Of a stretch of 64,000 bases of DNA, positions 62,695 through 64,000 are shown piece by piece; positions within the stretch are counted from its first letter, which is position 1; each line of letters starts with the position of its first letter. The DNA comes from an uncultured Flavobacteriales bacterium. GTDB lineage: Bacteria > Bacteroidota > Bacteroidia > Flavobacteriales_D > Sanyastnellaceae. The stretch covers positions 5,737-69,736 of the forward strand of contig CBFIFE010000008.1 of the NCBI GenBank assembly GCA_965661765.1, read 5' to 3'. The notes under the pieces were generated by a model. The model saw only the letters and a list, made by a program, of their open reading frames with translations, was not told the origin of the DNA and ran no database searches. Position numbers and translations under genes: made by a program.

Positions 62695-63453
62695 TTAACC
62701 TTTGTTTCCACTTGCGGCGAAGTCCGTCCGCATGGCTTGGGTTTCGGCGGTTGCCCAGGCGTGCATGTCGAGGCGGGCCTGTTCGGGATCTTGGGGAACA
62801 AAGGTTTGGCCAAACCTCACGCGCACCCGAATCCTGCGCTTCCCAAAATGCTTCCAGGCATGCGGAATGAACCAGTCGCTCCCCACCCATGCGATGTCCG
62901 GATCCTCATACTCGATGGCGACTGGGGTGATGGGGAACTGGCCCTCATGCGCGATGTAGAACATCGAAGGCCGGTAAGGACCGATTTCGGGCCCCTTGTT
63001 TGTGGTGCCCTCCGGGAAGAGGACAATGCTGTAACCATCTTCGAGGCGGCGCTTGACCCGATCGCGCGTGGTGCGTCGGCTGTTCTTGTCTTTTCGATTC
63101 ACCCAAATCGTATTGAGCGCTGTGGCGCCCCAGCCGATGATGGGCCAGTGTTTGGATTCGCTTCGGGCCACGAAAACGACCGGTTGACGACTGGGCATCA
63201 GGACGGCGTCGACGTAGCTTCTGTGGTTGCCCATGAGCAGCGATGGCCCTTCTGGCAGGTCCCCTTCTTGCAGCACTTCAATGCCCATCAGCCGTTGAAC
63301 GCGATGGATGTAGGCCAAATAAAACGCGTGCAAAGCATGGCGATCGGCCTTTGTTTTCCGCCGCAACACGTACAGCTCAATGCACGCCCATCCGGACATG
63401 ATCAGGAAGGCGGGAATGCGGTAGGAGGAGCGGAGAAACCGAGCGAGGAGCAT
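62695..63453 (-). CDS. plsC: 1-acyl-sn-glycerol-3-phosphate acyltransferase family protein
   Basis: GNHRSYVDA (HX4D) and LFPEGTT motifs. ATG at 63453. Confidence 0.8.
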   Translation of the reverse strand: MLLARFLRSSYRIPAFLIMSGWACIELYVLRRKTKADRHALHAFYLAYIHRVQRLMGIEVLQEGDLPEGPSLLMGNHRSYVDAVLMPSRQPVVFVARSESKHWPIIGWGATALNTIWVNRKDKNSRRTTRDRVKRRLEDGYSIVLFPEGTTNKGPEIGPYRPSMFYIAHEGQFPITPVAIEYEDPDIAWVGSDWFIPHAWKHFGKRRIRVRVRFGQTFVPQDPEQARLDMHAWATAETQAMRTDFAASGNKG

Positions 63454-63491
63454 GACAAATGACAGATTCCGAGCGAAGATAGCCCCGCATG

Positions 63492-64000
63492 TCAAGTGGA
63501 CCACCATTGGATTTTTCGAAACTTTCGGGTCGGGGTGGCCTTGGCTTCGATGGGCTCGCCCGTGGCGGGGTGCGGCAGGCGCAATTGGTCGCCGCTCAGA
63601 AAAAGCCCATGGCCCTTGTACCGCGGGCCGTTGCCGTATCGGGCGTCGCCGATGACGCCATGCCCCAAGGCATGAAGGTGGCGTCGGATTTGGTGCGTGC
63701 GGCCTGTGTGCAGGCGGATGCGCAACAGCGAGGCTTCACCGATCAGCGGCCAAGGCCCGGAAGCAATGCGCTCGCACTCGGTTCGGCAGGGCTTCCCATC
63801 GAGTGGGAGGCGGATGTCCAGTCCTTTGGGGGTGAGGCCTGTGGCGAGCGCGAGGTAGGATTTGGTCACGTGGCCTTCAACGAATGCCCGTTGGAGCGAC
63901 AAGGTCATTGGCGCTGACTGGCTCACCACCACCCAACCCGATGTGTCCCTGTCCAGCCGATGGATGGGGTGGCCAGGGAGCTGACCGGCCAAGTGTTGCC
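63492..64000 (-). CDS. RluA-family pseudouridine synthase (3' part; gene continues beyond the window end)
   Basis: HRLDRDTSGWVVVS (catalytic Asp), LHTGRTHQIRRHLHALGHGVIGDARYG. The frame stays open to position 64000. Confidence 0.8.
   Translation of the reverse strand, partial: QHLAGQLPGHPIHRLDRDTSGWVVVSQSAPMTLSLQRAFVEGHVTKSYLALATGLTPKGLDIRLPLDGKPCRTECERIASGPWPLIGEASLLRIRLHTGRTHQIRRHLHALGHGVIGDARYGNGPRYKGHGLFLSGDQLRLPHPATGEPIEAKATPTRKFRKIQWWST

Overview
GC-rich (about 60% by eye) 64-kb chromosomal segment, almost certainly from a member of Bacteroidota. Six ORFs end in type A or type B T9SS C-terminal sorting domains, there is a TonB-dependent receptor, and a few TAnnTTTG-type promoter boxes are present. 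I call about 50 densely packed CDS on both strands. Several pairs are translationally coupled: ATGA overlaps at 4628-4631, 52589-52592 and 55893-55896, and TGATG at 219-223.

Content:
- Housekeeping genes: monomeric isocitrate dehydrogenase, asparagine synthase B, cytidine deaminase, nupC-deoA, plsC, an RluA-type pseudouridine synthase, and aldehyde dehydrogenase with DUF779 and an AraC regulator.
- Large secreted or T9SS cargo proteins: a BNR/Asp-box protein, two giant type B CTD adhesin-like proteins, an S8 peptidase, an esterase, and a split multicopper oxidase.
- A VTC/DUF4956/DUF2490 module, a putative metal-uptake module built around a TonB-dependent receptor (TBDR), a stand-alone bacterial nitric-oxide synthase oxygenase, a PNGase F-like lipoprotein, and a WYL regulator next to a GH25 lysozyme.
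- I recognised no rRNA, tRNA, CRISPR, transposase or integrase by eye.

Most notable observations:
1. A 1572-aa single polypeptide (45352-50070) fuses a transglutaminase-like core with an apparently intact Cys-His-Asp triad, a 7-TM module, a RimK-like ATP-grasp ligase and about 690 aa of TPR. It lies 26 bp from a divergent ATP-cone/PD-(D/E)xK gene and is followed by an overlapping putative outer-membrane barrel gene.
2. Four dispersed intergenic arrays of an 8-9-nt C3-tract/CTAG unit (consensus CCCTRGTYY) all sit at gene 3' ends. They donate the stop codons of four flanking genes and fit G-quadruplex, i-motif or rut-like sequence rules.

Many long ORFs in the six-frame track are antisense or shadow ORFs typical of GC-rich DNA and were rejected.
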